NCBI RefSeq assembly: GCF_001194135.2
Contig: NC_069000.1
Location: 29,752,001 to 29,786,542 of the forward strand
Source of the DNA: Octopus bimaculoides
Lineage: Eukaryota
Direction: 5' to 3'
DNA length: 34,542 bases
The translations under genes were made by a program, and so were the position numbers. Numbering within the stretch: position 1 is the first letter of the stretch; every line of letters starts with the position of its first letter. Positions 1 through 11,064 of the stretch are shown one piece after another. The notes under the pieces were generated by a model, which saw only the letters and a program-made list of their open reading frames with translations, was not told the origin of the DNA and did not search any database.

Positions 1-106
1 ATATATATATATATAATAATATTGTGCTTTTAATTATTAATTTTTCTCTATGTGATAGTGGATTTTCATCGATGAGTTCTTGAAAATTGGTTATTTTCCC
101 TAAAAC

Positions 107-140
<34 letters not shown>

Positions 141-149
141 CATACATGT

Positions 150-191
<42 letters not shown>

Positions 192-260
192 TATACATAC
201 ATATATACGAACATACACACAACATGCATATACAATACATACACATATATATAAATATAT
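1..260. repeat. (TA)n/(CA)n compound microsatellite region
   Basis: Direct: TA runs at 1-13 and 105-140, CA run at about 155-185. Confidence 0.9.
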
Positions 261-261
261 G

Positions 262-520
262 GTGGTGCATAGCTTAGTGATTAGGGTGTTGCACTCATGA
301 TCGTAAGATTATGGTTTCAATTCCTAGATTGGGCGATACATTGTGTTCTTGAGCAAAACACTTCATTCCACATTGTTCCAGTCCACTCAGCTGTTAAAAA
401 GGAAGAATTCTGCAATGGATTGCTGTCCCATCCAGTTGGGTGGGGGCAGGATATATACATCACAGAATCCAGGAAACTGATCTCATGAGCTAATGGCTTG
501 GAATGGACCTTTGATCCTTC
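262..520 (+). mobile_element. tRNA-derived CORE-type SINE, degraded
   Basis: A-box-like AGCTTAGTGATTAG and B-box-like GGTTTCAATTCC, then CORE-like TGTGTTCTTGAGCAAAACACTTCATTCCACATTGTTCCAGTCCACTCAGCTG. The same head and core occur reversed at about 9760-9880. Confidence 0.7.
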
Positions 521-713
521 TGATATATATATGGGTGCATATGTATGTATGTATGTTTGTGTGTGTGTGTATATATATATATTTATATATATATATATAT
601 ATATATTGAGTTGATATTTCACTTAAGCTGTTTAAGAATTCATAAGTCAGAATAAATATGAACTCATATATTTGTCAATAGAGTAGATACATTAATCAAA
701 GTGTACAGTATTA

Positions 714-941
714 TATATCCATTATGGCCTATCTTACCAGTCGGTTTCATGCAAAGTGTTCAATGGAGTGTTGGATAACAGCCCAATTATGTAACCCTGT
801 GCTCTTCAGAAACGGCAGTTATGGAATGAAATATGGTGACCATCTCTGAAAAGCACAGGGTTACATAATTGGGCTGTTATCCAACACTCCATTGAACACC
901 TAGTGTGAAAGCAATTGGTATGATAGGCTGTGATGGACATA
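714..941. mobile_element. Fold-back MITE with TA termini
   Basis: Perfect 48-bp inverted repeat (756-803 vs 852-899). More diverged outer arms extend to TATATCCAT (714-722) and ATGGACATA (933-941). Confidence 0.75.
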
Positions 942-1824
942 TGAGGTCTGGTCAATAAGTATCCAGATTGTTGCTATAGTAACAAAGCTAAAGCATGCAG
1001 AGTGAAGCTACTTGGCACAGATTGACCTTGACCTCTGCTGGGCATGCACACTAAGTTTAAACACTCTAGCTCACTTCCCCTGTTTACAGCAGTGCTTGGA
1101 AGTAACGTGTGTAATGTGTGATCATTGCATTGACCATGACAGAAAAAGTTGTCATGGCAATACCTGCTCAGATGCCTTCACAAAGTTGCAGAAAGTGTAT
1201 GGAGAGGAGTGTATGAGCCACACACAAGTGTACGAGTGGTTCAGACGTTTCCAAGATGGCTGAAAAAATGTCGATAGTGACGAACATTCTGGAAGACCCA
1301 CAACCAGCTGAACTGAGAAAAACATTGCAGAGGTGAGGGGAAATCGTTGAATCACCATCTGTGAGATATCAGAGGATGTGCAGATTAGTTACGATTCAGT
1401 TCAGTCCATTATCACTGAAGATTTGGGAATGAGACATGTGTCTGGCAAGTTTGTGCCAAAACTGCTTTCAGCTGACCAAAAAGACACTTGGGTTTCAGTT
1501 GCACAAGATCTCCTTGATTGTGCTGAGGATGATGAAAATTTTTTGAAAACCTTGCATAGGCCTCTGAGCAGGTATTGGCAAGCTTTTGGCAAAATTTGAT
1601 GCAGATTCTCTGCTTAACTTTTTCTGTCATGGTCAATGCAACGATCACACATTACACACATTACTTCCAAGCACTACTGGAAATAGCGGAAGTGAGCAAG
1701 GACATTAAAACTTTGTGCACAAGCACAGCAGAGTTTGAAGTCAATTCATGCCAAACGGCTTCACTCTCCATGCTTTAACCTCGTTACTATAGCAACAGTC
1801 CGGATACTTATTGATCACACCATG
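942..1824. mobile_element. Non-autonomous mariner built from two 5' ends in inverted orientation
   Basis: TA at 940-941 and 1825-1826. TIRs (T/C)GAGGTCTGGTCAATAAGTATCC. Inverted homology continues about 270 bp into the transposase start on both arms. Confidence 0.85.
1136..1555 (+). pseudogene. Mariner transposase N-terminal fragment with stops and frameshifts
   Basis: Translates to GNTCSDAFTKLQKVYGEECMSHTQVYEWFRRFQDG and EDLGMRHVSGKFVPKLLSADQK (mariner HTH region and WVPHEL-like linker). No catalytic domain. Confidence 0.85.
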
Positions 1825-1882
1825 TATAATATTGTACACGCTGATTAATATATATGTGTATGATGATGGTGGTGGTGATGAC

Positions 1883-2060
1883 ATACTCTCTTTTACTTGT
1901 TTTAATCACTGTGCTTGGGCCCGTCTTGGAAGGTTTTGTTGATCAAACCAGCCCCAGTGTTTATCTTTAAGTCTGGTACTATATTCTATCAATGTCCTTT
2001 GCTGAACCACAAAGTTACATGGACATAAATAAGCTAACTCTAGTTGTGAAGTGATGATGT
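1883..2060 (-). mobile_element. SINE family A 3' module, degraded
   Basis: Reverse-complement match to the tail seen at 13140-13330 (TACTCTCTTTTACTTGTTT...GAACCACAAAGTTACATGGACATAAA). Confidence 0.65.
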
Positions 2061-2665
2061 GGTGTTGTTAGTAGTGGTGGTGATAGTTTTATAGTTGAGG
2101 AGATAGCAGAAGAGCTGGAAAAAAACTCTATTCTTTGGTCATGCAAAGAAGGAAGGAGTAGAGTGATATTTGATGGTGAAGTTAGCTTTGAAGCTTTACC
2201 AGCTGTCATCAATATGATAGGTTGACTGCAGCTATGATGTTGATGATGGTGATACTAGTGAGGGTGGTGGTTGAAGTGGTTCTGGATGTGGTGTTTGATA
2301 CTTGTTCAGGTGGTGGTGGTGGTGGCAGCAGTGGTTTATGGTGGTTGTAAGGCAGTAGTGATAGTGGTGATCAATGTGGTGGTGATTCTGCGAAGGCAGT
2401 AGACATTGTGGTTGCAAGGTTGAAGGTGGAGTGCTATGGTGGTTGTGGTGGTGGTTCAGTGGTGGTGATACAGTTATGGAGGAGATGATGGTGAAAGTGG
2501 TTGTGGTGGTGGCTGTTCTATGTTGGTTGCAGTGGTGGTAGTTGTGGGGGTTGCAGAAATAATGGTAATTGTAAGTTTGAGTTGGTAGTGGTTGTGGGTA
2601 TGGTTTGGTGATGGCGGTAGAATTGTGGTGGTGGTGGTGGTGGTGGAAGTAAGTTAATAATGACA
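2060..2665. repeat. Degenerate (GGT)n/(GTT)n low-complexity tract
   Basis: Direct: many GGTGGTGGT runs. It produces the spurious His/Thr-rich ORF 2232-2669. Confidence 0.85.
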
Positions 2666-2821
2666 GCAATGTCTCTAAAGAAACTGAACAACAAAAGATT
2701 TTTCTGAATTCAAAAGATCAAATTTCCTTCAAAAGAAGAAAAATCAATATTTTTTTTTCAAATTATAACATTTTATTTGAATAATGTGTAGTGTTAACCA
2801 AGTGATATATATTATCTTATG

Positions 2822-3188
2822 TCACAGTGTGTAGATATTGACTGACAAGCTAGAGACAGTGTGTAAATGTTGACTGAATAGACAGACATAGCAACTGCAA
2901 ATTGACTACATACACAAACACAGCATGAAGATGCTAACTGTATAGACAGTGTATAGATGCTTACTTATAGACATACACGATAGGTAAATGTTGACTGCAT
3001 ATACATAATGTGTACTTGTTGACTGTATAGACAAATATTATGTGTAGATGTCGACTAGTTAGACAAACACTGTGTGTACATATTGATTGTATAAATTAGA
3101 CAAACTGTGTAGATATTGACTGTATAGACAAACACAGTATGTTGATATTGACTGTTAAATAGACACAGTATATAGATGTTGACTATAT
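2822..3188 (+). repeat. Degenerate minisatellite, unit about 30 bp
   Basis: About 12 copies of consensus GTGTAGATGTTGACTGTATAGACAAACACA. A short related patch lies at about 5295-5375. Confidence 0.8.
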
Positions 3189-3189
3189 C

Positions 3190-3361
3190 GGCGCAAGTGT
3201 GGCTGTGTCATAAAAAGCTTGCTTTACAACCACATAGTTCCAGGTTCAGTCCCACTACGTGTCACCTTTGGCAAGTATCTTCTACTATAGCCTTGGGCCA
3301 ACCAAAGCCTTGTGAGTGGATTTGGTTGATGGAAACTGGAAAAAGCCTGTCATGTATATAT
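3190..3361 (+). mobile_element. SINE family A head (tRNA-like plus CORE-like)
   Basis: TGGCTGTGT...GGTTCAGTCCCACT...CACCTTTGGCAAGTATCTTCTACTATAGCC...TGTGAGTGGATTTGG, running into (TA)n and a gap. Confidence 0.85.
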
Positions 3362-3789
3362 NNNNNNNNNNNNNNNNNNNNNNNNNNNNNNNNNNNNNNN
3401 NNNNNNNNNNNNNNNNNNNNNNNNNNNNNNNNNNNNNNNNNNNNNNNNNNNNNNNNNNNNNNNNNNNNNNNNNNNNNNNNNNNNNNNNNNNNNNNNNNNN
3501 NNNNNNNNNNNNNNNNNNNNNNNNNNNNNNNNNNNNNNNNNNNNNNNNNNNNNNNNNNNNNNNNNNNNNNNNNNNNNNNNNNNNNNNNNNNNNNNNNNNN
3601 NNNNNNNNNNNNNNNNNNNNNNNNNNNNNNNNNNNNNNNNNNNNNNNNNNNNNNNNNNNNNNNNNNNNNNNNNNNNNNNNNNNNNNNNNNNNNNNNNNNN
3701 NNNNNNNNNNNNNNNNNNNNNNNNNNNNNNNNNNNNNNNNNNNNNNNNNNNNNNNNNNNNNNNNNNNNNNNNNNNNNNNNNNNNNNNNN
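3362..3789. other. Assembly gap
   Basis: Run of N. Confidence 1.
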
Positions 3790-3922
3790 ATATATACAGA
3801 TATACGATGGGCTTCTTTCAGTTTCCAGGTACCAAATCCACTCACAAGGCTTTGGTCGGCCCGAGGCTATAGTAGAAGACACTTGCCCAAGGTGCCACGC
3901 AGTGGGACTGAACCCGGAGCCA
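3790..3922 (-). mobile_element. SINE family A head, inverted and 5'-truncated
   Basis: Reverse complement of the 3190-3361 head, from the B-box to the TA tract. Confidence 0.85.
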
Positions 3923-3924
3923 AT

Positions 3925-4751
3925 CTCCTTCAAAATAGTCACCTTGTGCAGCAATACACTGGTCCCAGCATTCTTACCACTTTTGGAATCCAGCCTGGAA
4001 GTCATTTTTCCGAAGTGAGTCAAAGACCTTCTGCAATTCCCCCTTGATCTTGACAACGGTGTTAAAATGGTGACCTTTGAGCAGCATTTTCATCTTGGAG
4101 AAGAGATGGAAGTCTGCAGCTGCTAAATCTGGCAAACAGAGGTGGGTGTGGAAGTGATACTATGTTGTTTTTGGTGAGAAACTCACAAATGAAGAGAACT
4201 CGGTGACAGGGTGCATTGTTGTTGTGAAGTATTCAATTCTTCATGCTCCACTTATTCAGTCACTTTTGCTGAATGTCCTCCCTCAAATGCTTCAAAATAT
4301 CACAGTAGAACTCTCAATTGATGATGTGGCCTGGGAGGGGGGGATGAATTCTCGATGCACAATACTGTGGATGTCAAAAAAAATGTTCAGGAATGTTCTT
4401 CCACTTTTGAAGCACCTGTGCCACTTGAAATGTTGTGTATGACCCATTTCCTCATTGCTGTAATCTTACCAAAGCATGCTCAATGTTTCTGTAGCAGACT
4501 TCCCAAGTTTAATGCAAAATTTCGTGTTGGCCCTTTGTTCCAACTTCCTGTCCAAGACAAAAATCACAGACTACAGCAAAGATGTGATCACAAAAACACA
4601 AACTTCACAACTTACTGAAGTAAACATAGCAATGTCACTTGGTACACTGCCTCATGAAGGTCACTGCTAGCTCTCACTGCACGTGCAACCATACGCTATC
4701 ATCTGTTAGTGCGCTACAGAACTAGTCTGAAAACTTTTTGATACCACCTCG
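3925..4751 (-). mobile_element. Internally deleted mariner (DD34D spacing) transposase pseudogene
   Basis: TIR CGAGGTGGTATCAAAAAGTTTTCAGACT with TA at 4752-4753. Minus-strand translation gives EQRANTKFCIKLGKSATET, FFDIHSIVHREFIP, LHNNNAPCH, PDLAAADFHLF and CIAAQGDYFEG. The second catalytic D is mutated to N, with 34-residue spacing to the third D. Confidence 0.85.
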
Positions 4752-4755
4752 TACA

Positions 4756-4985
4756 TGTGTGTGTGTATGTGTGTCTGTTTGTCCATCACTACTGTTTCAC
4801 AACCAGTTTTGGTGTGCTTATGTCCTCGTAACTTAGCACTTTGGCAAAAGTAACTGATAGAATAAGTACCAGGTTTAACAAAAAAATAAGTACTGGGGTT
4901 GCTTCATTCAACTAAAAATTCTTCAAGGTAGTGTCCAAGCATGGCCACAGTCTAATGATAAGTAAAAGAGAAAAGATAAAGATAT
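4756..4985 (+). mobile_element. SINE family A 3' module
   Basis: (TG)n then TTTGTCC...GTAACTTAGC...GATAGAATAAGTACCAGG...CCAAGCATGGCCACAGTCTAATGA. Confidence 0.8.
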
Positions 4986-5482
4986 AGCTCCACAATTCCA
5001 AGTGAAAATTTTAGGAGTCCCATGGCAAAACTGCTTTTCAGTTAAAAACTTCTCTAACATTAATCATATTGTTTTTGCAAGATTTTCTTTAATGTTGATT
5101 TCAAAGAAGTCAATGATAAATTAATTTAAGGTTGTTGACACAAAAGAATATACTGTGTTGCATACAAAACTATTTAAATTTTTTTTTTACTATATGACGT
5201 GGGAAACAAGGATGGTGAACTAGTAAAGAAAGGAGGTAGGATTACAGAAAGAAAAAAAAGGGTTAAGAAACATTGGTATAGTTTGCAATGCTATGTAGCT
5301 GTTAACTGTATAGATAAACACAGTGTGTATATGTTAACTGAATACAAAATGCATACAGTGTGTAAATGTTGACAAAGAGACCAGAGGTGGGGAAACCTGT
5401 AAATTTGAGACTGCATGCAGCCTTCTTAGTCACCTAGTGTGACCTTCTGCAGTGTATGGAGGTAAATCTTTTTTTTTTTTTC

Positions 5483-6095
5483 CTATATAGGTGCAGGCAT
5501 GGTTGTGTGGTTCATTGTCTTCTACTATAGCCTCAGGCCAACTAAAGGCTTGTGAGTGGATTTGGTAGATGGAAACTGAAAGCACCCCATCATATATACA
5601 TATATATTGAGAATAACAAGGTAGTCAGAATGTTGGATGATCATATATATTTTTATTTACATTTTTAGCACTTTCTTCTGTTATCGAATTTATCAAAAAT
5701 GTGGTTTACCAAATCTGATAATGGAAGAAAGCACTAAAAATGTAAATAAAAATGTATATAATCATCCAACATTCTGACTACCTTGTTATTCTCAATATAC
5801 AATATCTGTACATCACTTCAATAAGTCACTACATATACATATATATGTATCTGTGTGTATCTTTGTGTCTGTGTTTGTCCTCCACATTGCTTGACAACTA
5901 GTGGTGGTGTGTTTATGTCCCTGTAACTTAGTGGCTCAGCAAAAGAACACTGATAGAATAAATACCAGGCTTAACGAAATGAAAAAGGAAAAAAAGAAGT
6001 ACTAGGGTTGATTCAATTGTCTAAAAATTTTTTAAGACGATGCCCCAGCATGGCCACAGTCTAATGACTGAAACAAGTAAAAGATAAAAGATATA
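5483..6095 (+). mobile_element. SINE family A (head with deletion plus tail) split by a MITE
   Basis: Head about 5483-5590, tail about 5850-6095, with the MITE inside the internal TA tract. Confidence 0.8.
5603..5799. mobile_element. Hairpin MITE with TA termini
   Basis: Perfect 38-bp inverted repeat ATATTGAGAATAACAAGGTAGTCAGAATGTTGGATGAT. Imperfect arms continue to about 90 bp. Confidence 0.85.
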
Positions 6096-6182
6096 AGAGC
6101 TACGAATACCAAGCAGGTACAACAATAAAAGAATATAATGACTGAACTCTTACAAAACAAATACCAGCTAATGCTAAAATAT

Positions 6183-6565
6183 TTGTTGGCACTCCGTCGC
6201 TTACGATGTCGAGGGTTCCAGATGATCCGATCAATGGAACAGCCTGCTCATGAAATTAACGTGTAAGTGGCTGAGCACTCCACAGACATGTGTACCCTTA
6301 ACGTAGTTCTCGAGGATATTCAGCGTGACACAGTGTGACAAGGCTGACCCTTTGAAATACAGGCACAACAGAAACAGGAAGTAAGAGTGAGAGAAAGTTG
6401 TGGTGAAAGAGTACAGCAGGGTTCGCCACTATCCCCTGCTGGAGCCTCATGGAGCTTTAGGTGTTTTCGCTCAATAAACACTCACAACGCCCGGTCTGGG
6501 AATCGAAACCACGATCCTATGACCGCGAGTCCGCTGCCCTAACCACTGGGCCATTGCGTCTCCAC
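6183..6565 (-). mobile_element. tRNA-derived SINE family C, well preserved
   Basis: Minus strand begins GTGGAGACGCAATGGCCCAGTGGTTAGGGCAGCGGACTCGCGGTC...GGTTTCGATTCC (A and B boxes). The tail CGTTAAGGGTACAC...GGAGTGCCAAC is shared with 9575-9710 and 16590-16700. Confidence 0.85.
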
Positions 6566-7734
6566 ATTGCGCCTCCACATGTGGAGGCTAAAATATTGTG
6601 CCAAGTGTAACATGAATGGAATATATCCAGCTTTATAAATCATTTATACCTGTAAATATGAAACACATGTTAATGTAAAAGTAAGGAATATAAGTGTGGA
6701 AAAGACTTATAAACATTGCCAGATGCACAATATTTAGCAAGAATCTACCAAGATGTCCAATCCTGAAATACAGTAATGAAGAAAGGAGAATTATCATGCC
6801 TAATTTCACCATGAGATCTAAATCTAGACTCTGCGATTTGATGGATTTATCAACTCTGAGCCTATAGATAAGCTGACATTTTTCACTCGGATCACAAATT
6901 ACAAAGTATACCATTTGCCATATATAATAGAGAGCAATAAGTTGGCAAATATCTGGCAGTGATTTGATTCCAATAGCGCTACTATATGGGCATGAGTGTT
7001 TGTATGAATTAATCATCAAAGTAATAGATTAACAACTTCAAAGAATAATCCAAAGACTTTTCATGTATTTGAAGAATTGCTCATTTTACTTGCTTTTAAC
7101 ATTCAGATTACTCTGTCGAATATAATGCTTATTTAACTACATTCTTTTGAATTAATCATGCATTATTGCATAGCTTTAAGATTTCAATGATGTGATTGTT
7201 TATTTTTAGAATGACATTGTAGGGTAGGTGTGAGATGTTGAATCTGGCCAGTTTGAACATAAAACAGGTATGGTTGGTTTTGATGACATGGTAATGAAAT
7301 AGACAGAATAGCGAAAGCACTAAATAAGGTGTTATGATTTGCGCATAAATAGAAGGGTATGAACGACGTTGAAAAGACAGAAAAACTTCTTATCTGGGCA
7401 TCCTTCTGAGATTCGTATTTCTTCGGCAGAGGTTTTAAGATCGAGTAGGGGAATTGGGGTGCGTGCGTTAGTTTATAGTCCTGGCAAAGCGAGAGGTAAT
7501 CGAAAGAGAGGGAGAGAGAGAGAGAGTGAGGTTGAGAGAGACAGAGTAAGGCAGAGAGAAGGGGAGGGTTTGGGTTAGTGGTCAGAACATGAGGGAGAAA
7601 AATATTCTTTTGGGATTTGTGTAGCATAGTTTAACGAGACAGCAAATGTTGATAATAGTAATTAAAATTTATTTAAATCTGAAATTATACATTCAAATTA
7701 TTTGTTAGTTGTTATAATGTGAACATTTAATAAT

Positions 7735-8755
7735 TTAGTAGACATGCTCTTTACATGTTTCATTGTAAGGGTCCTATTAGGCATGTCACTGAGCAGATGG
7801 CGAATATTCTCTTGCGGAATTTCTTGCTAAGTTTCATGCAATAATCTCAAAAGATCTGGCTTTGAAGATGCTTTCATGTTCTGTTTATGAAATGTCCTGT
7901 CCATTATGCCCCAGAGATGTTCTACAGGGTTCATATTTGGTAACTGGCTCGGCTATGGAAGCTTTCTAATGCCATTCTTTTCCAACAAATCTTGGGTCAT
8001 TTTAACTGTGTGACAAGGAATTCCATCTTCCATAAATAGAGAGTCTTCTTTAATCATTTCACCACTGGAAAAGTTTGGAAGAAGTCCTTTCTGCAATATG
8101 AACACATATTTATTTGAGTTTATCTTTCTCTCACACTCCACCAACTCTGATCAACCATTGCTCTAAATTGTTCCCCAGATCATCACAGAATAGCTGCCTT
8201 GTTTCATTGCTGGTTGCAATATTTTCACATCAAATTCTTGATCACAGTGTCTCCAGACCCACACTCGACCAGTGTTAGGAAATACAGCAAATCTGGACTC
8301 ATCAGAGAATATGATAGTGATCCAAACTGCTAATGGCCTCTCCACCATCTCACTGGCCCAATCTTTTCTCCTCTTCATATTGGCTGGTCAAAGATGTGAC
8401 TTCCTTCTTCCAGCTCTGTCATAGTAACCAAGTTTGTAGAGATACCAAGTTTGACAGCTGTTCTGGGACTGACATCAACTTGCTCTGCTATGTCAGAGGT
8501 CTTGCAATGTGGATTATCTTCCACACTTCTCTTAGCAAAGAGAAGGGTCCTGTCAAAGGGCCCTGGTTGATCTGGACAAGGTGATGTGGACTCCTCCCCC
8601 TTTCTGGTGAATTGCACAATCACTCTATTAACTGTAGAAAGTGGGATCCCAAGGTTTTCTGTAATTTTACGCTGACTATATCCACTTTCAGAATGAATCA
8701 CAATACGGCCTCTTTGAAATTCAGACAGTTCCAAGGCTTCTTTTGTACATGGCAT
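7735..8755 (-). pseudogene. Near full-length Tc1 (DD34E) transposase pseudogene
   Basis: [19 protein letters not shown]...IIFSDESRF...VMIWGTI...FMEDGIPCHT...NMNPVEHLWG. I counted 34 residues between D and E. Contains in-frame stops and a frameshift. The 5' non-coding end extends to about 8879 at a TA tract; a matching 3' TIR was not recognised. Confidence 0.9.
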
Positions 8756-8909
8756 GATTAAACCAGTAACATATAGAATCTGAAACATAAAAATGTCAAT
8801 TAATAAGAAATATAAACCTTTACAAGTTAGAATAAACAAAAAACAATGTTTTATGGGGTGTCTATTTACTTCTAACATGTATATATATACATATATATAT
8901 ATATATATA

Positions 8910-9025
8910 NNNNNNNNNNNNNNNNNNNNNNNNNNNNNNNNNNNNNNNNNNNNNNNNNNNNNNNNNNNNNNNNNNNNNNNNNNNNNNNNNNNNNNNNNNN
9001 NNNNNNNNNNNNNNNNNNNNNNNNN
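8910..9025. other. Assembly gap within (TA)n/(TG)n
   Basis: Run of N. Confidence 1.
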
Positions 9026-9057
9026 GTGTGTGTGTGTATGTGTGTGTGTGTGTGTGT

Positions 9058-9100
<43 letters not shown>

Positions 9101-9300
9101 TCCTGTCACCACTGCTTGACAATCAGTGTTGGTGTGTTTACATCTTTATAACTTAGCAGTTCAGCGAAAAGAGACCAATTGAATAAGTACCAGGCTTAAA
9201 ACAAAAGTAAGTACTAGGGTTGATTCATTTGACTAAAATTTTTTGAGTCAGAGCCCCAGCATGTTTCAGTCTGATGACTGAAACAAGTAATAGATAACAA
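9026..9300 (+). mobile_element. (TG)n plus SINE family A 3' module
   Basis: TTTGTCC...GCTTGACAATCAGTGTTGGTGTGTTTAC...GAATAAGTACCAGGC...ATGACTGAAACAAGTAA. Confidence 0.8.
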
Positions 9301-9574
9301 ATCAAAGAAAAATCAACCATAAACTAGATGAACGCATTATTAAAACTTCATCAAACAGAACAGAAAAGCTTTGCACAAAGCATAAATATGGCAAATATGG
9401 ATAAATATGGCAAAAACACTAAAATTTAAAATATTTTCTATCAGTAACAAACCATAAGTGTGTAAATTCAAGAACAAACTACTAATGACTGATTCGATTT
9501 TTAAATTAGATTGAATTAGATCATGAGCATGAAAGAAACCCAGTAAGCTCCAACTGTTATATTGGCTAAACACA

Positions 9575-9882
9575 TAGGATACTGGCACTCCATTGGTTAC
9601 AATGATAAGGATTTCAGTTGATCTGATCAACGGAACAGCCTGCTAGTGAAATTTGTGTGCATGTGGTTGAGCACTCCACAGGCATACATACCCTTAACGT
9701 AGCATGGCACAGAAGGTGACAAAGCTGGCCCTTTGGAATACAGATACTACTCATTTTTGCCAGCTAAATGGACTGGAGCAATATGAAATAAAGTACCTTG
9801 CTCAAGGAGACAATGTACTGCCTGGAGTTGAACTGAAGACCTTGTGATTGTGAGCCAAATGCCCTAACCACTAAGCCATGTG
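9575..9882 (-). mobile_element. tRNA/CORE SINE carrying the family C tail
   Basis: Minus strand: TGGCTTAGTGGTTAGGGCATTTGGCTC...GTTCAACTCC, core CTCCTTGAGCAAGGTACTTTATTTC...CTCCAGTCCATTTAGCTGG, then the family C tail. Confidence 0.8.
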
Positions 9883-10231
9883 ATATACTCCCTCTGGTCC
9901 ACCATGCATTTACAGCATGACCTAAAACAAAAGCAGAAAAGCAAACATTATTGATGAACACTATTATCCTGTATAGAATACCTTGCAAAACTGAATGATT
10001 AATAGTAGGAACAATGTTCATAGTACAACACAATGCTAAAATAAACACACAAACAACACACACAAATAAAAACAAACACCTGGCTGAAGACATATAAATC
10101 TGGTGGTCAAAATTCAAATTCAGGCAGTAAATCATATTGATTTTTATAGTCTTTATTGTAGTCAAGGCCAATCACAATTACTCTGCCTGCTATAAAGAAA
10201 CAGCAGCACACACTAGTATTCTTTCATTGAT

Positions 10232-10640
10232 AGGCAACAAGCTGGTAGAATCATTAGCATACTGTGAAAAATGCTTAGTGGTATTTTGTCCATCTTTATG
10301 TTCTGGGTTCAAATTCTGCTAGGATCAACTTTGCTTTTCATCCTTTTAGGGTCAATAAAATAAGTGCCCTTGAATACTGGGATTGATGTAATTGACTTAA
10401 CTCCTTCCCCAAACTTGCTGGCCCTGTGCCAAAATTTGAAATCGGTATCACTTCATTGCAAGGTAAAGAGCTGGCAGAATCATTAGCACATAGAGCAAAA
10501 TACTTAATGGCATTTCGTCTGTCTTCATGTTCTGAGTTCAAATTCCACCAAGGTCAACTTTGCGTTTTATCCCTTCAGAGTTGATAAAGTACCACTTGAA
10601 CACTAGGATCGATGTAATCAACTTATTCCCTGCACCTAAC
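10232..10640 (+). mobile_element. Two tandem copies of SINE family D
   Basis: Copies at about 10232-10450 and 10462-10640: GAGCTGGCAGAATCATTAGCA...TTCTGAGTTCAAATTCC...TCAACTTTGC...TACTGGG...GATGTAATCAACTTA. Confidence 0.8.
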
Positions 10641-10854
10641 CAATATTATTTCATAATGAAGATAACACTATGAAGATCTGGTAACATTGACAATGCATTT
10701 AGGGACTCTAGAAAATATATTTTAAAAAAAAACTTGACAAACAAATGAATACTAGAACCTAGTCACACATACAAATAAATGTATAAGTCCAACAGGAACG
10801 TTGTTTCTATATAATTATACAATTATATGTATGCGTGTGTATGTGTTTGCGAGG

Positions 10855-11021
10855 CTTATGCACAGGTGTGTGGTTATGAAATTTATTTTAAAACCATGTG
10901 GTTCCTGGTTCAATCCCACAGCATGGCATTAGGGCAATTGTGCTTTGGTACAGCCTCAGGCTGAACAATGCCTTGTGAGTGGAATTGGTAAATGGAAGGT
11001 AAAAAAAACCCAGTCGTACAG

Positions 11022-11064
<43 letters not shown>

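Noticed and set aside
2232-2669. 145-aa His/Thr-rich ORF
   Set aside because: It is the translation of a (GGT)n low-complexity tract on the opposite strand, with no splice or homology support.
3176-4056. Long ORFs spanning N-runs (also 8375-9122 and 25990-26788)
   Set aside because: Their length is an artefact of N codons being read as X.
6500-6565. tRNA-like sequence as a real tRNA gene (also all SINE A heads)
   Set aside because: It has A and B boxes but continues into a SINE body and occurs in many diverged copies. No complete cloverleaf with acceptor stem could be verified.
9990-10050. 54-nt minus-strand exon candidate (LCCTMNIVPTINHSVLQ)
   Set aside because: It has good splice signals but could not be linked in phase to the other candidates and has no recognisable homology.
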